Source: Candidatus Adlerbacteria bacterium RIFOXYC1_FULL_48_26 (GTDB taxonomy: Bacteria > Patescibacteriota > Minisyncoccia > Phycocordibacterales > SBAW01). From it: a DNA stretch of 64,000 nt. The DNA is taken from positions 2,141 to 66,140 of the forward strand of contig MEXB01000008.1 of NCBI GenBank assembly GCA_001773575.1. The letters run 5' to 3'. This document shows, piece after piece, positions 48,232 through 59,528 of this stretch. Position numbers and translations under genes: made by a program. Under the pieces are notes generated by a model. It ran no database searches. It had not been told where the DNA came from and saw only the letters and a program-made list of their open reading frames with translations. How positions within the stretch are numbered: position 1 is the first letter of the stretch; every line of letters starts with the position of its first letter.

Positions 48232-48726
48232 TTGGATAAAGAAGAAATTCTCGCTATCTCGCGTTGGGCTTCTCAGCCCAGAGAAAACGTGTGGCGCAAT
48301 TGGCTTAAACTTTTGCGCGGCAAGCCGGGAGTGACAGAGCAACAATTGCTCGAGTTCAAACCGAATATTTCTTTGGTGTGTGAGCCGCTCTTCGGCCGTC
48401 GCGTCAAAGGAAGTCTTGGAATGGTAAGCGTCCGTCCATCGCTTACGCGCCGCGTCAAAATCTATCTGGAAGCTCTCGACATTGTTCGCGAGTTCAACCA
48501 ACTGGATGACCTTATGCGGCTCGGTGTCTTTCGGCGAGAAGTAACATCCATCGCTGGCCTGAAGGAAATCGACCAACCGTTCTACAGCTTGGTCGAGAGG
48601 GAATTTCATCGCCTGTCCGCGTGCCAGCTCAAGAAATTGGCGGAGCGGATGCCCCTTGGTTCTGCTATCCAACAAGCCCTATACAGGCTTGAGGAAAGCA
48701 AGACCCTCCTTTTGGCTGCAGAGTAG
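48232..48726 (+). CDS. Hypothetical protein (164 aa) inserted between uvrA and uvrC; TTG start
   Basis: AGGAGG RBS 5 nt upstream of TTG, and its own intrinsic terminator downstream. Modestly GC-rich versus uvrA. The mirror ORF on the minus strand lacks an RBS. Confidence 0.45.
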   Translation: MDKEEILAISRWASQPRENVWRNWLKLLRGKPGVTEQQLLEFKPNISLVCEPLFGRRVKGSLGMVSVRPSLTRRVKIYLEALDIVREFNQLDDLMRLGVFRREVTSIAGLKEIDQPFYSLVEREFHRLSACQLKKLAERMPLGSAIQQALYRLEESKTLLLAAE

Positions 48727-48728
48727 TG

Positions 48729-48762
48729 AACTCCGGTCTCATACCGGAGTTTTTCTTTTTTT
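48729..48762 (+). terminator. Rho-independent terminator (aactccggt/accggagtt + TTTTCTTTTTTT)
   Basis: 9-bp stem, 5-nt loop, long T-tract. Read directly. Confidence 0.6.
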
Positions 48763-48793
48763 GTTTGTAATGCTAGCTCTCAGATGATAGCGT

Positions 48794-50032
48794 TTGAATA
48801 TGACCCTCGAGCAGTTCAAAAAGAAGATGAAGAAAATCCCCGATGGGCCGGGGGTGTACTTCTTTTTGGGTGCAAAGAAAGAGGTTCTCTATATAGGCAA
48901 AGCCACTTCGCTACGCAGCCGTGTGCGAAGCTATTTTTCTCCTGACTTGGCGAAGGCTCGCGGCCCTTTGCTTGTAAAAATGCTTGAGAAAGCAACGACG
49001 ATAGATTGGCGCGAGACGGACTCCGTTCTTGAAGCTCTGTTGCTTGAGGCTAACCTTATCAAGAGCCACAAACCTAAACACAATACGGATCTTAAAGACG
49101 ATAAGAGCTGGAACTACATCGTTATTACAAAAGAAGATTTTCCAATAATCCGCTATGTTCGCGGTCGCGAGTTAGCTATGCAGGATCCAGACGACTACCT
49201 GCATACCTTTGGCCCATTTCCTCATGGGTTGCAGTTGAAGGCGGCGATGAAAATAATCCGCAAAATTTTTCCGTACCGCGACGATAAGTGCGTACCTAAT
49301 TCCGGCAAGCCCTGCTTTAACCGCCACATTGGGTTGTGTCCCGGTGTCTGCACAGGCGAAATTTCAAAAACTGACTACAGAAAAATCATTCGCCGCATTA
49401 CATTGCTGTTCCAAGGCAAAAAACTCGAACTGATTAAGAGCTTGGAGAAAGATATGAAAGTTGCAGCAAAGACAGAAGACTTTGAAGAGGCTGCGCGTTT
49501 GCGTGGGCAGATATTTGCGCTCCAGCACATTCAAGATGTTTCTTTAATCAAAGATGAATACCGTTCAACTGGCAGCGCAGTGGGGAATACACGCATCGAG
49601 GCATACGACATTGCCCACATGGGCGGCACGGCTGTGGTTGGTGTGATGGTTGTTGTTGAAGACGGCCATCCAAATAAAGATCAGTACAGAAAATTCAAAA
49701 TCAAAACAGCAAAGGGTGGCGATGATGCAGGCTCGCTCAAAGAAGTGCTTACGCGCCGCCTGAGCCATGATGAATGGCCTATGCCTCGCGTGATTGCGGT
49801 AGACGGCAGTACGGCACAAATAAATGCTGCAACCAAGGTGCTTGAAGAGCACGGCATACAAATTCCTGTGATTGGTGTAGTAAAAGATGAAAAACACCGT
49901 CCGCGTTCTATCCAAGGCAAGCGGGAAGTGATAGCTGGGCGCGAACGCGACATTCTTTTGGCTAATGCCGAGGCTCACCGCTTTGCTATTACCTATCACA
50001 AAAAACTTCGAAACCCTTTGCGCGGATTGTAG
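48794..50032 (+). CDS. uvrC: Excinuclease ABC subunit C, short form (GIY-YIG + RNase H-like endonuclease domain; no C-terminal HhH domain)
   Basis: GIY-YIG: PGVYFF..KEVLYIGKA. Endonuclease domain: IEAYDIAHMGGTAVVGVMVVVEDG.PNK.QYRKFKIK. 412 aa versus ~600 typical. Confidence 0.8.
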   Translation: MNMTLEQFKKKMKKIPDGPGVYFFLGAKKEVLYIGKATSLRSRVRSYFSPDLAKARGPLLVKMLEKATTIDWRETDSVLEALLLEANLIKSHKPKHNTDLKDDKSWNYIVITKEDFPIIRYVRGRELAMQDPDDYLHTFGPFPHGLQLKAAMKIIRKIFPYRDDKCVPNSGKPCFNRHIGLCPGVCTGEISKTDYRKIIRRITLLFQGKKLELIKSLEKDMKVAAKTEDFEEAARLRGQIFALQHIQDVSLIKDEYRSTGSAVGNTRIEAYDIAHMGGTAVVGVMVVVEDGHPNKDQYRKFKIKTAKGGDDAGSLKEVLTRRLSHDEWPMPRVIAVDGSTAQINAATKVLEEHGIQIPVIGVVKDEKHRPRSIQGKREVIAGRERDILLANAEAHRFAITYHKKLRNPLRGL

Positions 50033-50046
50033 GTTAGAATAGGGGT

Positions 50047-51045
50047 ATGAGAACCGTAGTCGGAGTACTTCGAGGCGGACCGTCGAGCGAATATGACGTA
50101 TCGCTCAAGAGCGGTGCAGCTATTCTTGAAGCGCTTGATAAAAATAAATACGAAGCGCGCGATCTTTTTATTGGCCGCGATGGTCAATGGCATTTACACG
50201 GCGCCCCAGTGCTGCCTGAAAAGGCTCTACGAGGCATTGATGTGGCCTTTAACGTTATCCACGGAGAATATGGGGAGGATGGCCAGCTACAGCGCATTCT
50301 AGACGCTGTGGCGGTGCCGTATACAGGCTCTGATGCCTTTGCATCATCTCTCGCGTTCAACAAACACAGCACAAAAGAACTGGTATCAAAGCTTGGCATC
50401 AAAACTGCGCATGCAGTGCTGCTTGATAAAGAGATGATGGGTGATGTAGAGAAGACAGCGTTCGAGCTGTTCCGAAGCTTTCCACACCCAGCCATAGTAA
50501 AACCTGCTATCGGCGGTTCATCGGTTGGCGCAACTATTGTTCATACCTTTCACGACCTAGAGCCAGCACTCCATAAAGCATTTACTATTTCTCCAAAGAT
50601 TCTTATTGAAGAATTTATCCGCGGCAAAGAAGCCACTGTTGGAGTTATAGAAAATTTCCGTGATGAGAAAACGTATGCGCTTCTCCCAGTTGAAATCGTT
50701 CCACCTAAGAAACATGGCTTCTTTTCCTACGATGCAAAATATAGTGGGGAAACTATAGAGCGTGTGCCGGGCAACTTTACCTCTGATGAGAAAGATCAGT
50801 TGATGCAACATGCTCGCGAGGTGCATGAAGCGATGGGTCTTTCGCACTATTCCCGTTCCGACTTTATCGTAAGCAAACGTGGCGTGTACTTCTTGGAGGT
50901 AAACAATGCAGCGGGTGTAGGCATGACGCAAGAATCGCTATTTCCAAAAGCTGTAGCAGCCGTCGGTTCAACCCTTACTGACTTTCTCACTCATATTGTT
51001 GAGCTTGCCCGCAGAGGCCAGAGAGGATATTCTGCATCTCTATGA
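50047..51045 (+). CDS. ddl: D-alanine--D-alanine ligase
   Basis: V.VL.GG.S.E..VSL.SG, HG..GEDG.LQ..L, ATP-grasp motifs, ..EVN...GM. at the C-terminus. Confidence 0.85.
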   Translation: MRTVVGVLRGGPSSEYDVSLKSGAAILEALDKNKYEARDLFIGRDGQWHLHGAPVLPEKALRGIDVAFNVIHGEYGEDGQLQRILDAVAVPYTGSDAFASSLAFNKHSTKELVSKLGIKTAHAVLLDKEMMGDVEKTAFELFRSFPHPAIVKPAIGGSSVGATIVHTFHDLEPALHKAFTISPKILIEEFIRGKEATVGVIENFRDEKTYALLPVEIVPPKKHGFFSYDAKYSGETIERVPGNFTSDEKDQLMQHAREVHEAMGLSHYSRSDFIVSKRGVYFLEVNNAAGVGMTQESLFPKAVAAVGSTLTDFLTHIVELARRGQRGYSASL

Positions 51046-51449
51046 TCCAATCTGAATCTTTTGAAGAACAAGACGCTTCTGAAAATTGCGACGACATTGT
51101 AACCGACAATGAAAGCCTTCCGCTTGCCCGCAAGCGCTGTATTCCATGCGAAGGGGGAGTAGACCCTCTTACAAAAGAGCAGGCAGAGGAGCTTCTCAAG
51201 CAGCTCAACCCAGAATGGACTCTCGTTGAAGGCGCCGGCCTTCTTGCACGCAGCTTCTCGTTCCCTAACTACAAAAAAACTATCATCTTTGTAAACAAAG
51301 TTGCCGCTATTGCTGAAGGGGAAAACCATCACCCAGATATGACTGTTTCCTACGACAATGTGGGCGTCGAACTCTCCACCCACGCCATAGACGGCCTCTC
51401 CGAAAACGACTTCATAGTGGCAGCGAAGATAGACGAGCTCGAGGCGTAA
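51042..51449 (+). CDS. Pterin-4a-carbinolamine dehydratase (PCD/DCoH) family protein with acidic N-terminal extension
   Basis: Signature E-G-E-N-H-H-P (EGENHHPDM) and the flanking FVNKVAAIAE. Confidence 0.75.
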   Translation: MIQSESFEEQDASENCDDIVTDNESLPLARKRCIPCEGGVDPLTKEQAEELLKQLNPEWTLVEGAGLLARSFSFPNYKKTIIFVNKVAAIAEGENHHPDMTVSYDNVGVELSTHAIDGLSENDFIVAAKIDELEA

Positions 51450-51494
51450 TCTTTCACGATTTTAGAATAATTTTATCTGCCCAAATGCTATACT

Positions 51495-51731
51495 TTGTGG
51501 CATATGAACAAGGCTTTCGAAATATTTCTGAAAGAATTTGCTGAATTTCGTAAAGAAATCTACCAACGATTTGATGGTGTTAGTCATCGCCTTGATGGCA
51601 TTGACCAGAGACTCGATGCCATTGATAGCACTTTAAAACCCTTGGCCAAGGCAGTGGATAAAGACGCAGAAACTATAATCAGTCATGGGCGCCGGATAGG
51701 CCGTATGGAGAAGCGTTTGGGTTTCAAATAG
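51495..51731 (+). CDS. Hypothetical small coiled-coil protein
   Basis: 78 aa, heptad-like R/D/L periodicity. No domain recognised. Confidence 0.3.
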   Translation: MWHMNKAFEIFLKEFAEFRKEIYQRFDGVSHRLDGIDQRLDAIDSTLKPLAKAVDKDAETIISHGRRIGRMEKRLGFK

Positions 51732-51810
51732 CCACATATCTGGACTATGATTTTTTGGGTTTCTAGTATATATTATTGACGTTCGGGACTTGTTTAGCAG
51801 AACAGAAATT

Positions 51811-51883
51811 GGGCCCTTAGCTCATTTGGTAGAGCGCCTCATTTGCAATGAGGAGGTGACCGGTTCGATCCCGGTAGGGTCCA
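51811..51883 (+). tRNA. tRNA-Ala (anticodon TGC) with the G3:U70 identity pair; CCA not encoded
   Basis: Acceptor gggccct/agggtcc (G3:U70 wobble), anticodon loop uuTGCaa, T-loop ggttcgatc. Confidence 0.9.
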
Positions 51884-51890
51884 CAAACAC

Positions 51891-51925
51891 TTGACAAAAG
51901 AACTATATATGTGTATAGTTCTTTT
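51891..51925 (+). promoter_or_regulatory. Consensus promoter (-35 TTGACA 51891-51896; 17-nt spacer; -10 TATAGT 51914-51919) overlapping a perfect 12-bp inverted repeat (aaaagaactata-N6-tatagttctttt, 51896-51925)
   Basis: Hexamers, spacer length and the palindrome read directly. The right palindrome arm contains the -10 element. Starts 8 nt after the tRNA-Ala 3' end. Confidence 0.5.
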
Positions 51926-51956
51926 GTGTTTTAGGATAGTTCCCAAGGAGGCAGTA

Positions 51957-52220
51957 ATGCAGACGAGTCAGCAAGTTATCGAGCAAGCCCTTCGCAATGC
52001 GGAGACTGCGGAACCGGGCATTCAGCCCGCGATTCTGATGAACCTGAACATCGACCACACCAAGGTCGCCGAGTACCAGCGCACGTATCTGAACGATGCC
52101 TGGGCGCCGAAGACCAAGGAGCTGATGGACAGCGGCTTCATCATCTTCCGCATCCAGACCGAGCTCGGCCTCAACGGCCACATCACCTACATCTACATGG
52201 CGAAGATGAAGGCCAACTAA
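51957..52220 (+). CDS. Hypothetical protein (87 aa), GC-rich
   Basis: AGGAGG RBS 6 nt upstream of ATG. Driven by the promoter/operator above and followed by a strong terminator. The ORF-track N-terminal extension overlaps the promoter and was rejected. Confidence 0.5.
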   Translation: MQTSQQVIEQALRNAETAEPGIQPAILMNLNIDHTKVAEYQRTYLNDAWAPKTKELMDSGFIIFRIQTELGLNGHITYIYMAKMKAN

Positions 52221-52237
52221 CGCCGAACGACGGCGAC

Positions 52238-52290
52238 AAGCCCTACGGAAGAAGCACTACGCTTCTACAACGTAGGGCTTCTTTCTTTTT
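52238..52290 (+). terminator. Rho-independent terminator (aagccctacg...cgtagggctt + CTTTCTTTTT)
   Basis: 10-bp outer stem with an internal sub-hairpin, followed by a T-tract. Confidence 0.55.
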
Positions 52291-52320
52291 CACCAGTTCA
52301 ATACTCCTATGACCAGAATC

Positions 52321-52369
52321 GGGGTCAGACCCCACAAAATCCTAAATAATGTTTTGTAATTCAGTTTGG
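52321..52369 (+). repeat. REP-like element copy R4 (GGGGTCAGACCCC-acaaaat-cctaaataatgttttgtaattcagtttgg)
   Basis: Perfect 13-nt palindrome identical to R1/R2. The second module is degenerate. Confidence 0.55.
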
Positions 52370-52428
52370 ATTTATCTAAAACAAAAAGAAAAGAGCCGCT
52401 TGTGGGCGGCTCTTGGAGAGAGGGTCTT

Positions 52429-52683
52429 TTACTCAGATTTCTCTGATTTGCTGTGGAAGCTTTCCCATCCGGCGGGGAAGCAGTACAGGTGCGCGTGTTC
52501 GATGGCGTTGCCCTGGACGTGGGCTGCGCTGACGGCAGGCCTGGGTTTGGGGCAGTGGCCGGCGGCGACGCCCATCTGGTACGTGCGCACGAGAGGCTCG
52601 TCTTTTGGGAGAAACCCTTTAGGAACACCATCGCATGCGGACAGCAGACACGCAGCGCCTGCGAGAAGAAGGATCTTGTACAA
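52429..52683 (-). CDS. Small lipoprotein (84 aa; lipobox LLSAC), TTG start, GC-rich
   Basis: Signal peptide MYKILLLAGAACLLSAC. AGGGAG RBS 6 nt upstream of TTG. Conflicting overlapping ORFs on both strands were rejected. Confidence 0.45.
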   Translation of the reverse strand: MYKILLLAGAACLLSACDGVPKGFLPKDEPLVRTYQMGVAAGHCPKPRPAVSAAHVQGNAIEHAHLYCFPAGWESFHSKSEKSE

Positions 52684-52785
52684 AAAGAACTCCCTGAGTT
52701 GGAACTAGAACTAAGAAATTGGGAACGAAGGACACCTTAACATACATCAAAAATCTGTCATACTAGTGGCAGAAAGGAGGTTCAG

Positions 52786-52974
52786 ATGAGATTTCTCATT
52801 ACATGTGTTGCTCTAGGGCTGCTGTTGAGTGCGTGTGAAAACACGCCATTCCAATCTGTTTACCCTGAGGATGAGCGGTACCAAGCTTCATGCAGGGCTC
52901 CTGGTCTGTTCGACATCATGAGTCTTCGCATGAAGGCGACCTATTGCACCAAAGGCTACACACCTCCACGCTGA
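52786..52974 (+). CDS. Small lipoprotein (62 aa; lipobox LLLSAC)
   Basis: Signal peptide MRFLITCVALGLLLSAC. AGGAGG RBS 8 nt upstream. Divergent from the 52429-52683 lipoprotein. Confidence 0.45.
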   Translation: MRFLITCVALGLLLSACENTPFQSVYPEDERYQASCRAPGLFDIMSLRMKATYCTKGYTPPR

Positions 52975-52978
52975 GTGA

Positions 52979-53161
52979 TCAGTTGGAGGTGTTTTCTTTT
53001 GAGCAGGGAAGATGAACGCTGCACAGCGCTGAGGCTACATTGTCTGTAACTCCTACCTTAAATGCATGGAGAGGGGAGCCTGGCTCTGCGCTTTCTGCCA
53101 GGCTTGCAGCAACGCCTCCCATCAAGGCAACAATTAGTAGAGAGAAGAAAATCTTTTTCAT
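52979..53161 (-). CDS. Small secreted protein (start trimmed to the MKKIFF signal peptide), low confidence
   Basis: Signal peptide MKKIFFSLLIVALMGGVAASLA. No clear RBS. Confidence 0.3.
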   Translation of the reverse strand: MKKIFFSLLIVALMGGVAASLAESAEPGSPLHAFKVGVTDNVASALCSVHLPCSKENTSN

Positions 53162-53208
53162 AACTTTTCTGTGGGTTTCCTCTATGTTATCATGCCAACT
53201 AACGATAT

Positions 53209-53991
53209 ATGGAGGAACATGCTGGTTTACACATAGCTCTCTCGGCAGAGCGTTTGGGCACATTTTTAGGTCTGCCTATCACCAACACCCTTCTTTCCGC
53301 ATGGCTGGTTATGTCAGTCCTTATTATCATCGCAATTGTTGTTGGCCGTAAACCAACGCTTATTCCTGGCAAAGTACAGAACTTCTTTGAGCTTATATTC
53401 GAGTTCGTTATCGGCTATATGAGCGATATCTTCGGCAACCGCAAGCGCGCCCTTACGTTTTTCCCATTTATCGCAACGATCTTCCTGTTTATCGCCACTT
53501 CCAACCTTTTCGACTTTATGCCTTTCGTTGGAAGCATCACCTTTACACACGAAGGGGAGACTATGTCCCTGTTCCGCCCAGTTAACACAGACTTAAACGT
53601 CACCCTCGCGCTCGCAATCATTTCTGTGATTACTATTGAAGTCGCAGGCATCGTAGCGCTCGGCTTCTGGAAATACATGAACAAGTTCTTTACCTTCAGC
53701 GGAAAGACCATCGGCCAGCGTTTCCTTAACCTTACAGTCGGCCTTATCGAGTTTGTATCTGAAATGTCGCGCTTTATCTCGTTCTCATTCCGTCTCTTCG
53801 GAAACATCTTCGCAGGCGAAGTATTGCTCGCGGTAGTGGCGTACTTTATGCCCTACCTCCTCCCAGTTCCCCTTATGGGCTTTGAAACCTTCGTCGGCGT
53901 TGTGCAAGCCGCTGTGTTTGCCATGCTCACCCTCTTTTTCCTCAAGCTCGCAATGACCCCGGCCCACGGCTCGGGCGAGGCGCACCACTAA
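53209..53991 (+). CDS. atpB: F0F1 ATP synthase subunit a
   Basis: Five TM helices with the essential Arg in SFSFRLFGNIFAGE. Confidence 0.85.
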   Translation: MEEHAGLHIALSAERLGTFLGLPITNTLLSAWLVMSVLIIIAIVVGRKPTLIPGKVQNFFELIFEFVIGYMSDIFGNRKRALTFFPFIATIFLFIATSNLFDFMPFVGSITFTHEGETMSLFRPVNTDLNVTLALAIISVITIEVAGIVALGFWKYMNKFFTFSGKTIGQRFLNLTVGLIEFVSEMSRFISFSFRLFGNIFAGEVLLAVVAYFMPYLLPVPLMGFETFVGVVQAAVFAMLTLFFLKLAMTPAHGSGEAHH

Positions 53992-54072
53992 ACGTGGAAA
54001 AAGGGGAGGTTTCGTGCTAGTGTAAGGGCATAAATTATTTAGCAGGGCGCTTAAAATATAGATAAAAGGTAT

Positions 54073-54303
54073 ATGGATGTTGAATCAACACGTTTGATAG
54101 CTATGGCAATCGCTGCAGGTTTCGGAGTTTTGGGCCCAAGTATCGGTATCGGTCTTATCGGTGGTCGCGCAATGGATGCAATCGGCCGCAATCCAGAGGC
54201 TTCTGACAAAATCGTCTCAAACATGATCTTGGCGATCGTCTTTACCGAAGCTCTCGGTATCTTGGCACTCGTTGTTTCATTTATTATCAAGTTCGTCGGC
54301 TAA
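54073..54303 (+). CDS. atpE: F0F1 ATP synthase subunit c
   Basis: Hairpin of two TM helices, GxGxGxG packing motif (GIGLIGG), loop RNPE, carboxylate E in helix 2 (FTEAL). Confidence 0.9.
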   Translation: MDVESTRLIAMAIAAGFGVLGPSIGIGLIGGRAMDAIGRNPEASDKIVSNMILAIVFTEALGILALVVSFIIKFVG

Positions 54304-54318
54304 TTCTTCGCAACAGGG

Positions 54319-54759
54319 ATGAGCGAACTATTTTCGGCATTTGGAATTGATGGGCGTTTGTTGTTGATTAACTGTATCAACTTCGGCCTTTTGCTTGCCG
54401 TACTCTGGTACTTCCTCTACGGCCCACTCACAAAGATGCTTGAAGCGCGCCGCCAGAAGATTGCGCAAGGCATGCAGGATGCAGAAGAAGCAGAAACGAA
54501 GCTTAAGGAAATCCACGGTGCTCGCGCATCTATGATCGCTGAAGCAGGTAAAGAAGCAGACACGCTTGTTGCTGATGCACGTGCCGCGGCTGCTGCAAAA
54601 GCCCGTGACCTTGTTGCCTCAGGAGAAACTGCTGCTGCAAACCTTTTGAAGCAGGCAGAAGCACAGGCACAGGAAATGAAGGCCCAGTCTATTGCAGAAA
54701 GCAAACAAGAAGTTGCTAAGTTGATCGTTCTTGGTATGGAACGCCTCGCAAAGAAATAA
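54319..54759 (+). CDS. atpF: F0F1 ATP synthase subunit b
   Basis: N-terminal TM helix then a long Ala/Glu/Lys-rich coiled coil. Operon position. Confidence 0.8.
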   Translation: MSELFSAFGIDGRLLLINCINFGLLLAVLWYFLYGPLTKMLEARRQKIAQGMQDAEEAETKLKEIHGARASMIAEAGKEADTLVADARAAAAAKARDLVASGETAAANLLKQAEAQAQEMKAQSIAESKQEVAKLIVLGMERLAKK

Positions 54760-54760
54760 T

Positions 54761-55024
54761 ATGAAGATTGCTGCTACATATGCACGGGCATTGTTTGACC
54801 TCATAGAGAATGATGGGTCAAAAAAGGCAGCAACGTATCTAAGCAACTTAGACGGCGTGCTGAAACGCCGGGGGCATCAACGGTTGCTCCCTCAAATCTT
54901 CAACCAATACCAACGCTTAGAACTTTCAAAACAGCGATCAGAGAAACAGCAGGAGGTAACACCAGAACAAGAACGAACCAGACATTTGCTTGAGCTCTAC
55001 AGGAAACTAACACAAACGGTATGA
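54761..55024 (+). CDS. atpH: F0F1 ATP synthase subunit delta, unusually short (87 aa, N-terminal domain only)
   Basis: [14 protein letters not shown] matches the delta/OSCP N-terminus. Translationally coupled (taaTAATATG after atpF; ATGA overlap with atpA). The ORF-track upstream extension was rejected. Confidence 0.55.
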   Translation: MKIAATYARALFDLIENDGSKKAATYLSNLDGVLKRRGHQRLLPQIFNQYQRLELSKQRSEKQQEVTPEQERTRHLLELYRKLTQTV

Positions 55025-56577
55025 ACAACTTCATCGAACAATTTAAAAAAGAAATAGAACACTTCACCCCAAGCCCACGCGCAAAGAACGTAGGACGGGT
55101 TATTCAAGTTGGCGACGGCGTTGCTGAAGTTGAAGGTTTGGACAAGGCGGTGATGTCTGAAATGGTCCGTTTTGTTACAACCGGTAAAAAGAAGCTCGAA
55201 GATGCGATTGAAACTCCAGATGTATTCGGTCTCGTGCTCAACCTTGAAGAAGAGTCGGTCCGCGTAATTATCTTGGGCGATGCAGGTGCCGTTTCTGAAG
55301 GTATGACGGTTGAATCAACCGGCCAGGTACTTTCTATCCCAGTCGGTGAAGGGTTGCTCGGCCGCGTGGTAAACCCACTCGGCGAAGCTGTTGATGGCCA
55401 GGGCGCTATCATTGCTCACCAGAACAATCCTATTGAACGCGAAGCCTACGGTGTTATGGATCGCTCATCTGTTAACCAGCCACTCCACACTGGTATCAAA
55501 GCTATCGACTCAATGATCCCCGTAGGTCGCGGACAGCGCGAACTTATCATCGGCGACCGCTACACCGGCAAGACCACAGTTGCGATGGATACAATTTTGA
55601 ACCAGAAGAGCGAGCCAAAAGAATCTCGCCCAATCTGTATCTACGTTTCTATTGGCCAGAAGGAATCAAAGACCGCACGCTTGGTGCAGATGCTCCGCGA
55701 ACGCGGCGCACTTGAATACACCATCATCGTTGATGCAGGTGCTTCAGCTCCAGCAGCGCTCCAGTACCTCGCACCATTTGCAGGTGCAGCTATTGGCGAA
55801 TATTTTATGGATAAAGGTCAGGATGCCCTTATCATCTACGACGATCTTTCTAAGCATGCTGTTGCATACCGTTCGCTCTCACTCTTGCTCCGCCGCCCAC
55901 CAGGCCGTGAAGCATATCCTGGCGACGTCTTCTACTTGCACTCACGCTTACTTGAACGCGCAGCAAAACTTTCTAAAGAGAAAGGCGGCGGCTCACTTAC
56001 AGCGCTTCCAATCATCGAAACTCAGGAAGGCGACGTGTCTGGATACATCCCAACCAACGTTATCTCTATCACTGACGGTCAGATCTTTTTGGAAACTGAC
56101 TTGTTCAACAAAGGTATCCGCCCAGCTATCAACGCAGGAATCTCCGTGTCTCGCGTAGGTTCATCTGCGCAGACAAAGGCAATGAAGAAAGTGTCTGGCC
56201 GCATCAAGCTTGAACTTGCACAGTTCCGCGAACTTGAGGCCTTTATGCAGTTCTCTTCAGACTTGGATGCAGAAACAAAGAAGCGCATCGACAATGGTCA
56301 GCGCCTTATGGGTGTCTTGCGCCAGAAGAATGCATCTCCACTGCCATTCCAAAACCAGGCCGTGGTTATCTACTCGGCAGTCAACGGCTACCTCTCAAAG
56401 GTTTCAGTAGAGCGCGTACCAGAGTTTGAAGAAAAGCTTATTACGTTCTTGAACTCATCGTACAAAAATCTTTTGCCAGGCATTGAAAAGGCCCGCGAGA
56501 TTACCGCTGAATTCGAAGAAGAATTGAAGAAAGCTTTGGAGAAGTTCCAGGACACTCACGCCGACTTGTTCGCATAG
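55021..56577 (+). CDS. atpA: F0F1 ATP synthase subunit alpha
   Basis: Walker [46 protein letters not shown]. 518 aa. Confidence 0.95.
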   Translation: MNNFIEQFKKEIEHFTPSPRAKNVGRVIQVGDGVAEVEGLDKAVMSEMVRFVTTGKKKLEDAIETPDVFGLVLNLEEESVRVIILGDAGAVSEGMTVESTGQVLSIPVGEGLLGRVVNPLGEAVDGQGAIIAHQNNPIEREAYGVMDRSSVNQPLHTGIKAIDSMIPVGRGQRELIIGDRYTGKTTVAMDTILNQKSEPKESRPICIYVSIGQKESKTARLVQMLRERGALEYTIIVDAGASAPAALQYLAPFAGAAIGEYFMDKGQDALIIYDDLSKHAVAYRSLSLLLRRPPGREAYPGDVFYLHSRLLERAAKLSKEKGGGSLTALPIIETQEGDVSGYIPTNVISITDGQIFLETDLFNKGIRPAINAGISVSRVGSSAQTKAMKKVSGRIKLELAQFRELEAFMQFSSDLDAETKKRIDNGQRLMGVLRQKNASPLPFQNQAVVIYSAVNGYLSKVSVERVPEFEEKLITFLNSSYKNLLPGIEKAREITAEFEEELKKALEKFQDTHADLFA

Positions 56578-56605
56578 TTCGATCTGACTCACCACAAGTA
56601 ACCAC

Positions 56606-58882
<2,277 letters not shown>

Positions 58883-58883
<1 letters not shown>

Positions 58884-59119
58884 TGAAACTAATAATCGCA
58901 AAAGTTGATGAACGTGTGTTCGACGGCGACGCCGTCTCTGTTACTGTGCCAGGGAGCCAGGGAGAGATGACTGTGCTTGGAAGCCACGAACCTCTTATCA
59001 CTACGCTTAAAGCGGGGACTATTGTTATTAAACAACTCGCCGACGTAGAACCTATCCAGATTCCAATCCAGGGCGGCATGCTCGAGGTCCGCACGGACGG
59101 CACCACCATCCTTTTGTAG
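58883..59119 (+). CDS. atpC: F0F1 ATP synthase subunit epsilon, short form (beta-sandwich domain only, 78 aa)
   Basis: Operon position (ATGA overlap with atpD) and N-terminal beta-sandwich pattern V.V.G..GE.TVL..H.P.IT.L..G. No C-terminal helical hairpin. Confidence 0.7.
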
Positions 59120-59236
59120 GAAAACCTCCATTCCACGCTATACACAGGTTGCGCTCACGCGCATCTTTGTTATAAAGAAAAAGTAAGTATTCCTAGCGTG
59201 ATGTTTCCTAGATTTTTGTAAAAATGAAGGAGTAGC

Positions 59237-59470
59237 GTGGCGATGAGTAGGATGAGGTCTTTTTGGGAAATGCGGTTCGGTTGGAATAAGCCAGCGTGCG
59301 ACAAGTGTGGGGGAAGCTTCGGCCTTTCTCGCAGACAGGTCGGCAGTAAACAATTCTGCAGACTTGCATGCGTTGCTGCGAACACAAATGGTTCGACAGC
59401 AACTATCTCCACTTCACCTTTGAGAAAGACGGGTGAAGCGGCGATGGAAGTTTCCAACGCGGCCGACTGA
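59237..59470 (+). CDS. Hypothetical small zinc-ribbon-like protein (C-x2-C ... C-x3-C), GTG start
   Basis: AAGGAG RBS 5 nt upstream of GTG. CDKCGG...CRLAC. Confidence 0.3.
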   Translation: MAMSRMRSFWEMRFGWNKPACDKCGGSFGLSRRQVGSKQFCRLACVAANTNGSTATISTSPLRKTGEAAMEVSNAAD

Positions 59471-59528
59471 ATAATCGAAAGGGCGTTTGCGAAAGCAGAT
59501 GCCCTTTTTCTTATGTTAAAATTTTTGC

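Noticed and set aside
48172-48675. 167-aa minus-strand ORF between uvrA and uvrC
   Set aside because: No RBS upstream of its TTG. The overlapping plus-strand ORF has AGGAGG-5nt-TTG and a downstream intrinsic terminator, and is co-directional with the uvr genes.
51891-51956. ORF-track N-terminal extension (MTKELYMCIVLL...) of the 87-aa ORF
   Set aside because: The extension covers the -35/-10 promoter and palindromic operator. The internal ATG at 51957 has an AGGAGG RBS.
52290-52740. Overlapping ORFs 52290-52631(-), 52349-52708(+), 52453-52740(+)
   Set aside because: Mutually exclusive with the 52429-52683(-) lipoprotein ORF. Only that ORF has a signal peptide/lipobox and a well-placed AGGGAG RBS. 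The others look like GC-driven open frames.
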